A stretch of 64,000 bases of DNA, from contig CAMMLS010000003.1 of NCBI GenBank assembly GCA_946497775.1, forward strand, positions 1,072 to 65,071, read 5' to 3'. Positions 1 to 9,602 of the stretch are shown piece after piece. Every line of letters starts with the position of its first letter. Position 1 is the first letter of the stretch. Source of the DNA: an uncultured Clostridium sp. GTDB lineage: Bacteria > Bacillota > Clostridia > TANB77 > CAG-508. The notes under the pieces were generated by a model. The model was not told the origin of the DNA and searched no databases. It worked only from the letters and a program-made list of their open reading frames with translations. The position numbers and the translations under genes are program-made.

Positions 1-432
1 GTTTGTAATAAATGGTCTTATTTGAAAAGAACCAACAACCAAAGCAGCAGGTGGATTGCTATTATCACAATCGTTCATAAAATGCCTAGATGTTTGAGTC
101 CAGATACCATAAATATTTCCCCAATACGTGTTATCCAAGGTTACTTTTTCACCAGGGCTCGTACGATTAATGCCATACTTATCTCTGCCTGAATTTTTAA
201 TGCACTTATTAAATTCTTTCTGAACATCTTTTAATTTTTTAGGTGCATTTGAAATATAACCTTCATCTTGAAATAACGAAACGATGTTAAAAAAATCGAC
301 AGCATATGGGTATGTGTCTTTGTAGTAACTGGGGAAGTCACCTAAAGAATCAAGCCTCTTTTTGAGCTCTTTAATCCTCTTAACTTCCTGCTTCCAATTG
401 TTTTCCTTTTCTGAGTTTAACCGATTGAACAT
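1..432 (-). CDS. hypothetical protein, N-terminal 144 codons (continues past window start)
   Basis: Open frame from ATG 432-430, preceded by AGGAGG (revcomp of 441-446), to the window edge. No family recognised. Codon 4 is an in-frame CGG (423-421). Confidence 0.5.
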   Translation of the reverse strand, partial: MFNRLNSEKENNWKQEVKRIKELKKRLDSLGDFPSYYKDTYPYAVDFFNIVSLFQDEGYISNAPKKLKDVQKEFNKCIKNSGRDKYGINRTSPGEKVTLDNTYWGNIYGIWTQTSRHFMNDCDNSNPPAALVVGSFQIRPFITN

Positions 433-631
433 TTCACGTTCCTCCTTATTTTTTCTAATAATTGCAGATGGCAAATTATTAATTATATTATAGCATAATT
501 GACATAAAAAGGCAAAAACTATAATAGAGTATTGGCATGAAAAAAGTTGAAATGAATATAATTACAGGAGTAAGTCATATACTCCAAAAAATATTAGAGA
601 CAATGACCAATTTAAGTGACAGGTGTGTTAA

Positions 632-1230
632 ATGAAAATATTTATATTTCAAAAGAACAAGGCAATAGTTACTTGTTTAATTATATTAATAACTTTTATC
701 ATACTTATTTCATATTTAATTATTAAGTTTTCAAAACCAGCAACAGAATTAGTTTTTAATAATGTGGCAGCAAGTAATTTTAAAGAAAAAATCAGAAATC
801 TTACAGCAGGAGAAGAGAAAATTGCTTATTTGACTTTTGATGATGGCCCGAATGCTTTAATTACCCCCAAAATTTTGGACATATTAAAAGCAGAAGATGT
901 CAAAGCTACATTTTTGTAATTGGAAAGTATGTTGATGAACATCCAGAAATAGTAAAAAGAGCATATGATGAGGGACATTACATAGCAAACCATAGTATAG
1001 ATTATACTTATATTGATTGGAATTGCCTAAATAATGATTCTATGAAAAAATATACGAGTGAGCAATTATTGGATAATTTAAAGAAATCTTCAAAAAACAA
1101 AAATACATTAGTTATTTTAATGCATGATACAAAAGATGTAAGCAATAGCTCATTAGTTCTTCAAGATTCAATTAAATATCTAAAATCACAAGGATATGAA
1201 TTTAAAAATTTCTATGAGTTAATAGATTAA
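632..1230 (+). pseudogene. polysaccharide deacetylase (NodB-homology, PdaA/PdaB-like), frameshifted and apparently shortened
   Basis: ORF 632-919 has an N-terminal TM segment plus 'IAYLTFDDGP' and 'VKATF'. The continuation 'FVIGKYVDEHPEIVKRAYDEGHYIANHS...VILMHDTKD...SQGYEFKNF' is in the -1 frame from 916, the same frame as ORF 1042-1230. The break is in a T5 run at 911-915. Confidence 0.7.
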
Positions 1231-1245
1231 ATATACTTAAAGAAT

Positions 1246-1269
1246 AAACCACACAAAAATGTGTGGTTT
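1246..1269. terminator. bidirectional stem-loop between convergent genes
   Basis: aaaccacac / aaaaat / gtgtggttt, a perfect 9-bp stem flanked by A/T runs. Confidence 0.6.
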
Positions 1270-1522
1270 ACAGTATAACGTCGAGATTATCATCATCGAC
1301 AATACGGAATAAGACACTTACAAAGCGTCCAGTTTTCACAAAAATTTCCATACTTATTGTGACTGAATCTACTTGGTAACCATAACCTAAATGATCACGA
1401 ACAATTTCTTCGATTTTTTTTTCGTATTCCGTATTTATTAATTTTCCATTATCCAAAATGTTAATATAACAATTGGAAGGAAAATCCTTAGGGAGAATAG
1501 AGCAAATTTGATTTTTAAGCAT
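1268..1522 (-). CDS. small hypothetical protein (84 aa)
   Basis: ORF 1268-1567. The internal ATG at 1522 is preferred because AAGGAGA lies 8 nt upstream. No family recognised. Confidence 0.5.
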   Translation of the reverse strand: MLKNQICSILPKDFPSNCYINILDNGKLINTEYEKKIEEIVRDHLGYGYQVDSVTISMEIFVKTGRFVSVLFRIVDDDNLDVIL

Positions 1523-1673
1523 AAAGTAGCATCTCCTTATAAATGTATTATATATACATTTTAACATATATTGTAATTTTTTTCAAATTAATTATATTTT
1601 TTTATTTAAAATCTATGATATTAAAAAACAATATGATATAATAATTAAAAATCAAACGAAAGGGGAAGAAAAA

Positions 1674-2819
1674 ATGAGTGAAAATAACGAAAATGAGGAA
1701 ATAAAAATAGGATTGGGAACATTTACAATTATTGTTATTTCGCTAGTTCTATTAGTAGTTACAATATGCGGGGCAATATATTTAAATCATGTTGCAACAG
1801 TAAATGATGAGACAAAAAATAAAACCAATAGGCATAATAATATTAGTACAGGAATAATTGGAACTAATAATTCTATAAATAATATTATTCAAGATACTAC
1901 AAAAATTGATATTCAAAATACATATGCTTTTACATGCAAAAGTGTAGTAACAGGAAGTCAATACGATGTAGAAAACACACTTGTTGCAATTGATAAAAAT
2001 ACAGGAAATGAAACACAAATAATGAAATTCCACTCAGGAGCATATGACTACGCTGATGGAAAACTATATTTTTATGAAAATACAGCTAATTCATATCACA
2101 GATTTTATGTAATAGATTTGAATAAAGGAATAGAACCAAGTGAGATATACTCATTTGAATATAAATATGGGACAACAGATAATTTAGAATATTATAATAA
2201 CAAATTATATTACACATTTAATGGGGAATTATTATGCCTTAACCTATTAGATAAACAAATTGGACACGTTGCAATCGTTAGAAATTATATATTTAAAATA
2301 GACAATGAAAAGAATAAATTATACTATGTAAACGATAAAGAAGAACTTAAAGAAATGGATTTAATAACAAATGAAGAAAGAACTATTGATGTAAATGCAG
2401 GTATAATGGAAGTATCAGACAATAAGCTATTATATGCAAAAATGGAAAACATAGCAGAAGATACATATGAAACATGGTATTGGTCATATGATTTAGCAAC
2501 AGGAAACAAATATAGAATTGTAGCAAGTTTTGAGGGAGAGATAGGCAAAAGCGAAATTTTAATGTATAATTCAGCATATTTATACTTAAATGGAGAAGGA
2601 CAGTTATGTTTGATAGATGAAAATGACAATATGCAAACATTAACCGGTGAAGGCAACTTCAATGCAATTACAATATTACCAAACAATAATATTCTATTAG
2701 AAAGGAATGAAGGACTAGAAGAGGTAAATAGCTATAGAACATACATTTACAATATGGAAACACAACAATTATTACAAACTACAAATAATTATAGATATGC
2801 ATATACAAAATATATGTAA
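1674..2819 (+). CDS. membrane-anchored repeat protein (DUF5050-like beta-propeller suspected)
   Basis: N-terminal TM helix (GLGTFTIIVISLVLLVVTICGAIYL). Recurring 'xxKLYY/KLYF' blades (DGKLYFYE, NNKLYYTF, KNKLYYVN, DNKLLYAK). Confidence 0.55.
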   Translation: MSENNENEEIKIGLGTFTIIVISLVLLVVTICGAIYLNHVATVNDETKNKTNRHNNISTGIIGTNNSINNIIQDTTKIDIQNTYAFTCKSVVTGSQYDVENTLVAIDKNTGNETQIMKFHSGAYDYADGKLYFYENTANSYHRFYVIDLNKGIEPSEIYSFEYKYGTTDNLEYYNNKLYYTFNGELLCLNLLDKQIGHVAIVRNYIFKIDNEKNKLYYVNDKEELKEMDLITNEERTIDVNAGIMEVSDNKLLYAKMENIAEDTYETWYWSYDLATGNKYRIVASFEGEIGKSEILMYNSAYLYLNGEGQLCLIDENDNMQTLTGEGNFNAITILPNNNILLERNEGLEEVNSYRTYIYNMETQQLLQTTNNYRYAYTKYM

Positions 2820-2869
2820 AAATTTAAACTATTGACAAAAAGTATAAAATGTTGTAATATTATAAAAGA

Positions 2870-3089
2870 CGTTGAAGAGACAAAGTAAAATAGAGGTTAT
2901 TTTAAGAGAGGACAAGTCGTAGGCTGAAAGCTTGTTTAAATAAACATATTTGAAAAACTAACTCGGAGTCTTCTATGAAAGTAGACGTTGATTACGTTAT
3001 AATCGATAAATGAAGTAAAAATTAGGGTGGAACCGTAAGATAAAACTTACCCCTATATAGGTAAAAATACCTGTATAGGGGTATTTTTA
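2870..3089 (+). promoter_or_regulatory. T-box leader, threonine specifier (ACU), with intrinsic terminator
   Basis: T-box sequence 'attagggtggaaccgtaag' at about 3021-3039. Terminator cccctatatagg...cctgtatagggg + T-run at 3050-3089. Candidate specifier 'ACT-A' in 'gaaaaactaactcggagt'. Lies directly upstream of thrS. Confidence 0.8.
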
Positions 3090-3114
3090 TTGGAAAGAAA
3101 AAGGAGGAATAAAA

Positions 3115-5019
3115 ATGATAAAAATTACTTTAAAAGATGGCTCTATAATGGAGGTAGAAAAAGGAACTACTGTATTAGAAGTAACTAAAAAAATAAGTGA
3201 AGGATTAGCAAGAAACGCAATGTGCGGTCTTGTAAATGGAGAAGTAAAAGATTTAAGATATGAACTTAATGATGATGCTGAATTAAATATATGCACATTT
3301 GATAGTTTAGAAGGTAAGAAAGCATATTGGCATACAACATCACACATATTAGCACAAGCAGTAAAAAGATTGTACCCAGATACAAAACTAGCTATTGGTC
3401 CATCAATTGACAATGGATTTTATTATGATTTTGACACAGAAATGACATTTACACCAGAAATATTAGAAAAATTAGAAGCGGAAATGTCAAAAATAATTAA
3501 AGAAGATTTGGAAATAAAAAGATTTACACTTCCAAGAGAAGAAGCAATTAAATTTATGAAAGATAGAAAAGAAGACTACAAAGTAGAATTAATAGAAGAT
3601 TTACCAGAAGGAGAAGAAATATCTTTCTATGAACAAGGTGAATTTGTCGATTTATGTGCAGGACCACATTTGATGTCAACTGGAAAAGTAAAAGCAATAA
3701 AATTACAACATGTATCTGGTGCATATTGGAGAGGAAATGAAAACAATAAAATGTTACAAAGAATTTATGGGATTTCTTTCCCTAAAAAATCCGAACTAGA
3801 CAGTTACTTAGAAATGCTAGAAGAAGCAAAGAAAAGGGATCATAAAAAATTAGGAAAACAACTAGAATTATTTATGATAGCACCAGAAGGACCAGGATTT
3901 CCATTCTTTTTACCAAAGGGAATGGTTTTAAGAAATATATTAGAAGATTTTTGGAGAAATATTCATAAAGAAAATGGATACCAAGAAATAAAAACACCAG
4001 TAATATTAAACGAAGAATTATGGCATCGTTCAGGACACTGGGACCACTACAAAGAAAATATGTATACTACAAAAATTGATGATGTAGATTATGGCATAAA
4101 ACCAATGAACTGCCCAGGAGGAATGCTTGTTTACAAAAATAAAATGCATTCATACAGAGAATTACCAATAAGAGCAGGAGAATTAGGACTAGTACACAGA
4201 CATGAAAAATCAGGAGAACTAAATGGATTATTCAGAGTAAGATGCTTCACACAAGATGATGCTCATATATTCTGCTTGCCAACTCAAATAGAAAGCGAAA
4301 TTACTAACTTAATGAAATTAATAGACACAGTTTATAGCATATTTGGTTTCGTATATACAGTTGAGCTATCAACAAGACCAGAAGATTCAATGGGATCAGA
4401 CGAAGAATGGGAGTTAGCAGAAAATTCTTTAAAGAAAGCGCTAGAAAGCCAAGGTGTTGCATATAAAATAAATGAAGGAGATGGAGCATTCTACGGACCT
4501 AAAATAGATTTCCACATAAAAGATTGCTTAGGACGTGAATGGCAATGTGGTACTATACAACTAGACTTCCAAATGCCTGAGAGATTTGACTTAACATACA
4601 TTGGAGAGGATGGAGAAAAACACAGACCAGTTATGCTTCATAGAGTTATATTTGGAAGTATAGAAAGATTTATAGGAATATTAATAGAACATTATGCAGG
4701 AGCTTTCCCAGTTTGGCTAGCACCAGTTCAAGTAAAAATACTACCAATAGCAGATGCTCACATAGAATATGCTAAAAAATTACAAGAAGAATTTTCTAAA
4801 AAAGGAATAAGAGTAGAATTAGATGACAGAGAAGAAAAAATTGGCTATAAAATTCGTGAAGCACAACTTGAAAAAGTACCATACATGGCAATAGTTGGAG
4901 ATAAAGAAATAGAAGCAAATGCAATAGGACTACGTTCAAGAAAAGATGGGGATTTAGGACAAATAAGTATAAAAGACTTTGAAAAGAAAATAGACGAAGA
5001 AGTTAAAAGCTTTAAATAG
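3115..5019 (+). CDS. thrS: threonine--tRNA ligase
   Basis: 634 aa. TGS N-terminus (MIKITLKDGS), class II core (FRVRCFTQDDAHIF, GAFYGPKIDF), anticodon-binding C-terminus. RBS aaaggagga. Confidence 0.97.
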   Translation: MIKITLKDGSIMEVEKGTTVLEVTKKISEGLARNAMCGLVNGEVKDLRYELNDDAELNICTFDSLEGKKAYWHTTSHILAQAVKRLYPDTKLAIGPSIDNGFYYDFDTEMTFTPEILEKLEAEMSKIIKEDLEIKRFTLPREEAIKFMKDRKEDYKVELIEDLPEGEEISFYEQGEFVDLCAGPHLMSTGKVKAIKLQHVSGAYWRGNENNKMLQRIYGISFPKKSELDSYLEMLEEAKKRDHKKLGKQLELFMIAPEGPGFPFFLPKGMVLRNILEDFWRNIHKENGYQEIKTPVILNEELWHRSGHWDHYKENMYTTKIDDVDYGIKPMNCPGGMLVYKNKMHSYRELPIRAGELGLVHRHEKSGELNGLFRVRCFTQDDAHIFCLPTQIESEITNLMKLIDTVYSIFGFVYTVELSTRPEDSMGSDEEWELAENSLKKALESQGVAYKINEGDGAFYGPKIDFHIKDCLGREWQCGTIQLDFQMPERFDLTYIGEDGEKHRPVMLHRVIFGSIERFIGILIEHYAGAFPVWLAPVQVKILPIADAHIEYAKKLQEEFSKKGIRVELDDREEKIGYKIREAQLEKVPYMAIVGDKEIEANAIGLRSRKDGDLGQISIKDFEKKIDEEVKSFK

Positions 5020-5086
5020 AAATTTGCTTTATTTCTAAAAAAGTAGTATAATAAAAGCATATTAATAATTAAGGGGGATAACCACT

Positions 5087-5509
5087 ATGAAAAAGCAAGG
5101 TGTACGGGGGTTCTGCTATGAAGAAAATTTAGGAGTAATTGTAGAAGGGCAGTTTTATCCACTTAAATTTGAACCAATTAAATTTATGAGGATTCTTGTC
5201 AAACTAATGCATGAAAAAGATTATATAACTGCCGATTTACTTTTAAAAGATGCCATTATAAGTTATACTTCTGCTACAATGCTTTCAAAGGTGTTTAAAA
5301 CAAAAAACCTTTCAGACAGTTTGTTTTACATGAAATGGAGAAATTTTATTAAGAATAATAAGAGATTCTATAAAAAACAAGAAGTTCTCCAACAGAAACG
5401 AACTATGATGAGGGAAACTGCAAAAAAAGCAAAAATAGAAGTAGGACTTATAGCACAAGCCAGAAGAGAATCTTATAAGCGTACATTAAAAAAAATGCCA
5501 CAAATTTAA
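5087..5509 (+). CDS. hypothetical basic protein (140 aa)
   Basis: Good RBS (aaggggga). No family recognised. In-frame CGG at codon 7 (5105-5107). Confidence 0.4.
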   Translation: MKKQGVRGFCYEENLGVIVEGQFYPLKFEPIKFMRILVKLMHEKDYITADLLLKDAIISYTSATMLSKVFKTKNLSDSLFYMKWRNFIKNNKRFYKKQEVLQQKRTMMRETAKKAKIEVGLIAQARRESYKRTLKKMPQI

Positions 5510-5516
5510 TATCCCT

Positions 5517-5547
5517 AAAAGGAATATTCATATGAATATTCCTTTTT
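5517..5547 (+). terminator. intrinsic terminator
   Basis: Palindrome aaaaggaatattca/tatgaatattcctttt followed by a T-run. Confidence 0.7.
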
Positions 5548-5656
5548 ATATGAAAAAATTAATAAAATCTTAATTTATTTTCAAAAATTGTTTCCAATTT
5601 ACAATAATATATGATAGAATATACGAAACAAAATAAATATAAAGGAGAGTGTAACA

Positions 5657-6370
5657 TTGGCTGAAAAGTTGAAATACAAAAAAATACTTTTAAAGTTAAG
5701 TGGAGAAGCACTAGCGGGAAGTAAAAAAAGTGGCATAGATTCTGATATTGTAGCTAAAATCTGTGAGCAAATAAAAGTTATTAAAGATTTAGGAGTAGAA
5801 CTAGCCATAGTCGTTGGCGGAGGAAATTTTTGGAGAGGAAGATATGGAGAGACAATAGAAAGAACAACTTCTGACTATATGGGAATGCTTGCAACAGCAA
5901 TAAATGCATTGGCAATTCAATCTGAATTAGAATCTAGGGGATTGGAAACAAGAGTGCAAACTGCAATAGAAATGAAAGAAGTAGCAGAACCATATATTAG
6001 AAGAAAGGCAATGAACCATCTTTCAAAAGATAGAATTGTAATATTTGCATGCGGAACTGGAAATCCATATTTTTCAACAGATACAACAGCAGCACTAAGA
6101 GCAGCAGAAATTGAAGCAGATGCAATTCTTTTTGCAAAAACGGTAGATGGAGTATACTCAGCAGATCCAAAAATCGATAAAGAAGCAGTTAAGTATGACA
6201 AACTTTCATATATGGATATATTGGAAAAGAAATTAAAAGTAATAGATTCTACTGCAACATCATTATGTATGGACAATAATATACCACTTGTAGTATTTGC
6301 AATGGACGACCCTGAAAATATAATAAAAATAGTAAAGGGTGAGCCAATAGGAACAATAATAGAAAATTAG
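5657..6370 (+). CDS. pyrH: UMP kinase
   Basis: TTG start after aaaggaga. '[10 protein letters not shown]', '[10 protein letters not shown]', '[17 protein letters not shown]'. Confidence 0.95.
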   Translation: MAEKLKYKKILLKLSGEALAGSKKSGIDSDIVAKICEQIKVIKDLGVELAIVVGGGNFWRGRYGETIERTTSDYMGMLATAINALAIQSELESRGLETRVQTAIEMKEVAEPYIRRKAMNHLSKDRIVIFACGTGNPYFSTDTTAALRAAEIEADAILFAKTVDGVYSADPKIDKEAVKYDKLSYMDILEKKLKVIDSTATSLCMDNNIPLVVFAMDDPENIIKIVKGEPIGTIIEN

Positions 6371-6382
6371 GAGGAATTTAAA

Positions 6383-6934
6383 ATGTCAGATTATGTAGAA
6401 ATTAAGGAAAGAATGGAAAAAACGATAAGTGTATATAGAGAAAACTTATCAGAAATAAGAGCAGGTAGAGCTAATCCTGCAATACTAAATAAAATAAAAG
6501 TAGATTATTATGGAGTACCAACACCAATAACACAACTTGCAGGTGTTTCAGTTCCCGAAGCTAGACTAATAGTAATACAACCTTGGGATGCAAGCGTGCT
6601 AAAAGAAATAGAAAAAGAAATTTTAAAATCAGACATAGGAATAAATCCAAATAATGATGGAAAAGTTATAAGATTAGCATTCCCAGAACTTAACGAAGAA
6701 AGAAGAAAAGAATTAGTTAAGGAAGTTAAAAAAATAGCAGAAGATGCAAAAGTATCTATCAGAGCCATAAGAAGAGATGGAATTGATGAATATAAATCTA
6801 TGCAAAAAGAAAGTTTAATTACAGAAGATGAACTTAAAAAGGCAGAAGATGATATACAAAAAATTACTGATTCTAAAATAGGCGAAATAGATGAAATATT
6901 AGAAAGTAAAGAAAAAGAAATTATGTCGGTATAG
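6383..6934 (+). CDS. frr: ribosome recycling factor
   Basis: 183 aa. 'LSEIRAGRANPAILNKIKVDYYG', 'IRAIRRD'. Confidence 0.95.
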   Translation: MSDYVEIKERMEKTISVYRENLSEIRAGRANPAILNKIKVDYYGVPTPITQLAGVSVPEARLIVIQPWDASVLKEIEKEILKSDIGINPNNDGKVIRLAFPELNEERRKELVKEVKKIAEDAKVSIRAIRRDGIDEYKSMQKESLITEDELKKAEDDIQKITDSKIGEIDEILESKEKEIMSV

Positions 6935-7011
6935 ATACACAAATAAACAAATATATATGATTATAAGTAAGAAGATTAATTATAATTTATATAAGTATTG
7001 AAGGAGAAACA

Positions 7012-7731
7012 ATGGAAGGAAAAGTTGATTTTAATAATTTACCTGAACATATAGCAATTATAATGGATGGAAATAGAAGATGGGCCAAACAAAAAGGAAT
7101 GGATCCAAAGCTTGGACATAAAGAAGGAGTAAAAGCACTAGAAAATATTGCTTTATACGCTAATAGTATTGGAATTAAATATCTAACTGTTTATGCATTT
7201 TCAACTGAAAATTGGAAAAGAGCAGAAGATGAAGTTGGAGCTTTAATGATTCTTTTACAAACATATTTAGATAAATTTAGTAGAAAAGCAGATTCTGAAA
7301 ATATTAAAATAAAAGTATTAGGTGATATTACAGTACTAAATTCAGGACTAAAAAAACAAATAGAAGAAGCAATTAGCAGAACCAAAAATAATACAGGTTT
7401 AACTTTGAATATTGCTTTTAATTATGGTGGAAGAGCTGAAATTATAAAAGCTACAAAAGAACTTGCAGAAAAGGTAAAAGAAAATAAATTAAATATAGAA
7501 GATATTAACGAAGAAGAATTTGAAAAATCATTATACACATCAGGTCAACCAGAGCCAGATTTGCTAATTAGAACAGGTGGAGAACTTAGAATAAGCAATT
7601 TCTTACCATGGCAAATAGTATATTCTGAATTCTACTTTACAGATAAGTATTGGCCAGAATTTGATAATAATGCTTTATTAGAAGCTATTTATGAATTTCA
7701 AAAAAGAAACAGAAGATTTGGAGCAAAATAA
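7012..7731 (+). CDS. uppS: isoprenyl transferase (undecaprenyl-diphosphate synthase)
   Basis: 'HIAIIMDGNRRWA', 'LTVYAFSTENWKR', 'LLIRTGGELRISNFLPWQ'. Confidence 0.95.
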   Translation: MEGKVDFNNLPEHIAIIMDGNRRWAKQKGMDPKLGHKEGVKALENIALYANSIGIKYLTVYAFSTENWKRAEDEVGALMILLQTYLDKFSRKADSENIKIKVLGDITVLNSGLKKQIEEAISRTKNNTGLTLNIAFNYGGRAEIIKATKELAEKVKENKLNIEDINEEEFEKSLYTSGQPEPDLLIRTGGELRISNFLPWQIVYSEFYFTDKYWPEFDNNALLEAIYEFQKRNRRFGAK

Positions 7732-7749
7732 TCTGAAAGGAGAATTACA

Positions 7750-8553
7750 GTGAATATACAAAGATGGATATCTGCACTACTTGGATTTCCAATGTTAGCA
7801 GCAGTACTTATACTAGGAAATAAATTTGTAATAGATATAGTATTTACAATTGTAGCAATAATGTGCTTACATGAATATTTTTCTTGCTTTAAAGGAAAAG
7901 CAAAACCAGTATCAGAGATAGGATATATTTCAGCATTAATTATACCATTTATTCATATATTAGATACAAATCAGTTAGTTTATTTATTGCTAATAATACC
8001 AATTACAATGGTATGGGTATTTTTAAGAATAATAATTTCTAATATGAAAATAACAATATATGATGCAGCAGTTACAATTCTGGGTATAATTTATATAGTT
8101 GGATTTATGATATTCTTACCACTAACAACGGGATTGGAAAATGGAAAAGTATTAGTATGGTATGCAATTATTGCTGCATGGGGAACTGACACATTTGCTT
8201 ATTTGATTGGAAAAGCATTTGGAAAACATAAATTTACAGATGTTAGTCCTAAAAAAAGTCTAGAAGGATGCATCGGAGGATTAATAGGTGGAGTCCTTTT
8301 AATGCTAGGATATACATATATATTAAATACATATATGGACTTTAATATTTCATATTTAGCTATTTTACCTATATCGATTTTATTAAGTGTAGTAGGTCAA
8401 ATAGGAGATTTAGCAGCATCTACAATAAAAAGATATGCAGGAGTTAAAGATTTTAGTAATTTAATACCAGGACATGGAGGAATGTTAGATAGATTAGATA
8501 GTGTTATATTTGTTGCCCCATTTGCATTTTTCTTTTTGACGATATTATTATAA
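7750..8553 (+). CDS. cdsA: phosphatidate cytidylyltransferase
   Basis: GTG start. Polytopic. Signature 'STIKRYAGVKDFSNLIPGHGGMLDRLDS'. Confidence 0.92.
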   Translation: MNIQRWISALLGFPMLAAVLILGNKFVIDIVFTIVAIMCLHEYFSCFKGKAKPVSEIGYISALIIPFIHILDTNQLVYLLLIIPITMVWVFLRIIISNMKITIYDAAVTILGIIYIVGFMIFLPLTTGLENGKVLVWYAIIAAWGTDTFAYLIGKAFGKHKFTDVSPKKSLEGCIGGLIGGVLLMLGYTYILNTYMDFNISYLAILPISILLSVVGQIGDLAASTIKRYAGVKDFSNLIPGHGGMLDRLDSVIFVAPFAFFFLTILL

Positions 8554-8574
8554 TTAATAATAGGAGGTTTATTC

Positions 8575-9585
8575 TTGTTAGATTTTTTAATAACGGCAAT
8601 TAAATTTATATTTTTATTAGGTTTCTTAGTGCTAATACATGAAGGAGGACATTTCTTAGTAGCAAAGCTTTTCAAGGTTAAAGTAAACGAATTTTCAATA
8701 GGATTTGGCAAAAAACTTATTGGAAAGCAAAAAGGAGAAACCTTATATGCATTAAGATCTGTTCCATTGGGCGGCTTTGTTATGCTAGAAGGGGAAGAAG
8801 AGGAATCTAGTGACCCCAGAGCATTTAATAATAAAAGTGTATGGAAAAGAATGCTTATAATAGCAGCAGGTGGTGTTGTTAATATATTATTTGGGTTGCT
8901 TGTATATTTTATTATTGCAATGAACTTAGGAAATTACTATTCAATGGTAGTATCTGAACCAGTACAAGGATATGCTGCTCAGCAAGCAGGAATACAAGTG
9001 GGAGATGAATTAATAAGTGCAAATGGTCAAAGATTACGTTTAAAGACAGATTTAGATAATGCAATAAATAAATCACAAGGAGATATCGTACAATTTGAAA
9101 TAAAAAGAAATAATGAACATATAAATCTTGAAATAGAGCCAACACAAATTGAAGATGGAAGGTATGTTATAGGAGTAAATTTAGAACCGGCAGAAAATAA
9201 CTTATCAAATAAAATATATTACGGATTTTGGAACACAGTAAATTTCTCTGCTTCAATTGTAAATAATGTAAAAGAACTATTTACAGGTGGAGTAAAAACC
9301 GACCAGCTGATGGGACCAATAGGAATATCAACTGTTGTATCACAAACAAATGGTTTGTTGGAATTTATATATATATTAGCATTAATTTCATTATCACTAG
9401 GTGTAACAAATTTATTGCCATTCCCACCATTAGATGGAGGGAAATTAGTTCTTCTATTAATTGAAGCAATAAGAAGAAAAAAATTAAGTATGGAATTAGA
9501 ATTAAATATACAAGCTGCTGGATTTGTGCTTATGATATTACTTTCAATATATGTGGCATACAACGATATACTAAGAATATTTTAA
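8575..9585 (+). CDS. rseP: RIP site-2 zinc metalloprotease (RseP/RasP family)
   Basis: TTG start after aggagg. 'HEGGHF' HExxH motif, central PDZ-like segment, 'NLLPFPPLDGG'. Confidence 0.9.
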   Translation: MLDFLITAIKFIFLLGFLVLIHEGGHFLVAKLFKVKVNEFSIGFGKKLIGKQKGETLYALRSVPLGGFVMLEGEEEESSDPRAFNNKSVWKRMLIIAAGGVVNILFGLLVYFIIAMNLGNYYSMVVSEPVQGYAAQQAGIQVGDELISANGQRLRLKTDLDNAINKSQGDIVQFEIKRNNEHINLEIEPTQIEDGRYVIGVNLEPAENNLSNKIYYGFWNTVNFSASIVNNVKELFTGGVKTDQLMGPIGISTVVSQTNGLLEFIYILALISLSLGVTNLLPFPPLDGGKLVLLLIEAIRRKKLSMELELNIQAAGFVLMILLSIYVAYNDILRIF

Positions 9586-9602
9586 TAGGTAGGAGAATTT
9601 AA

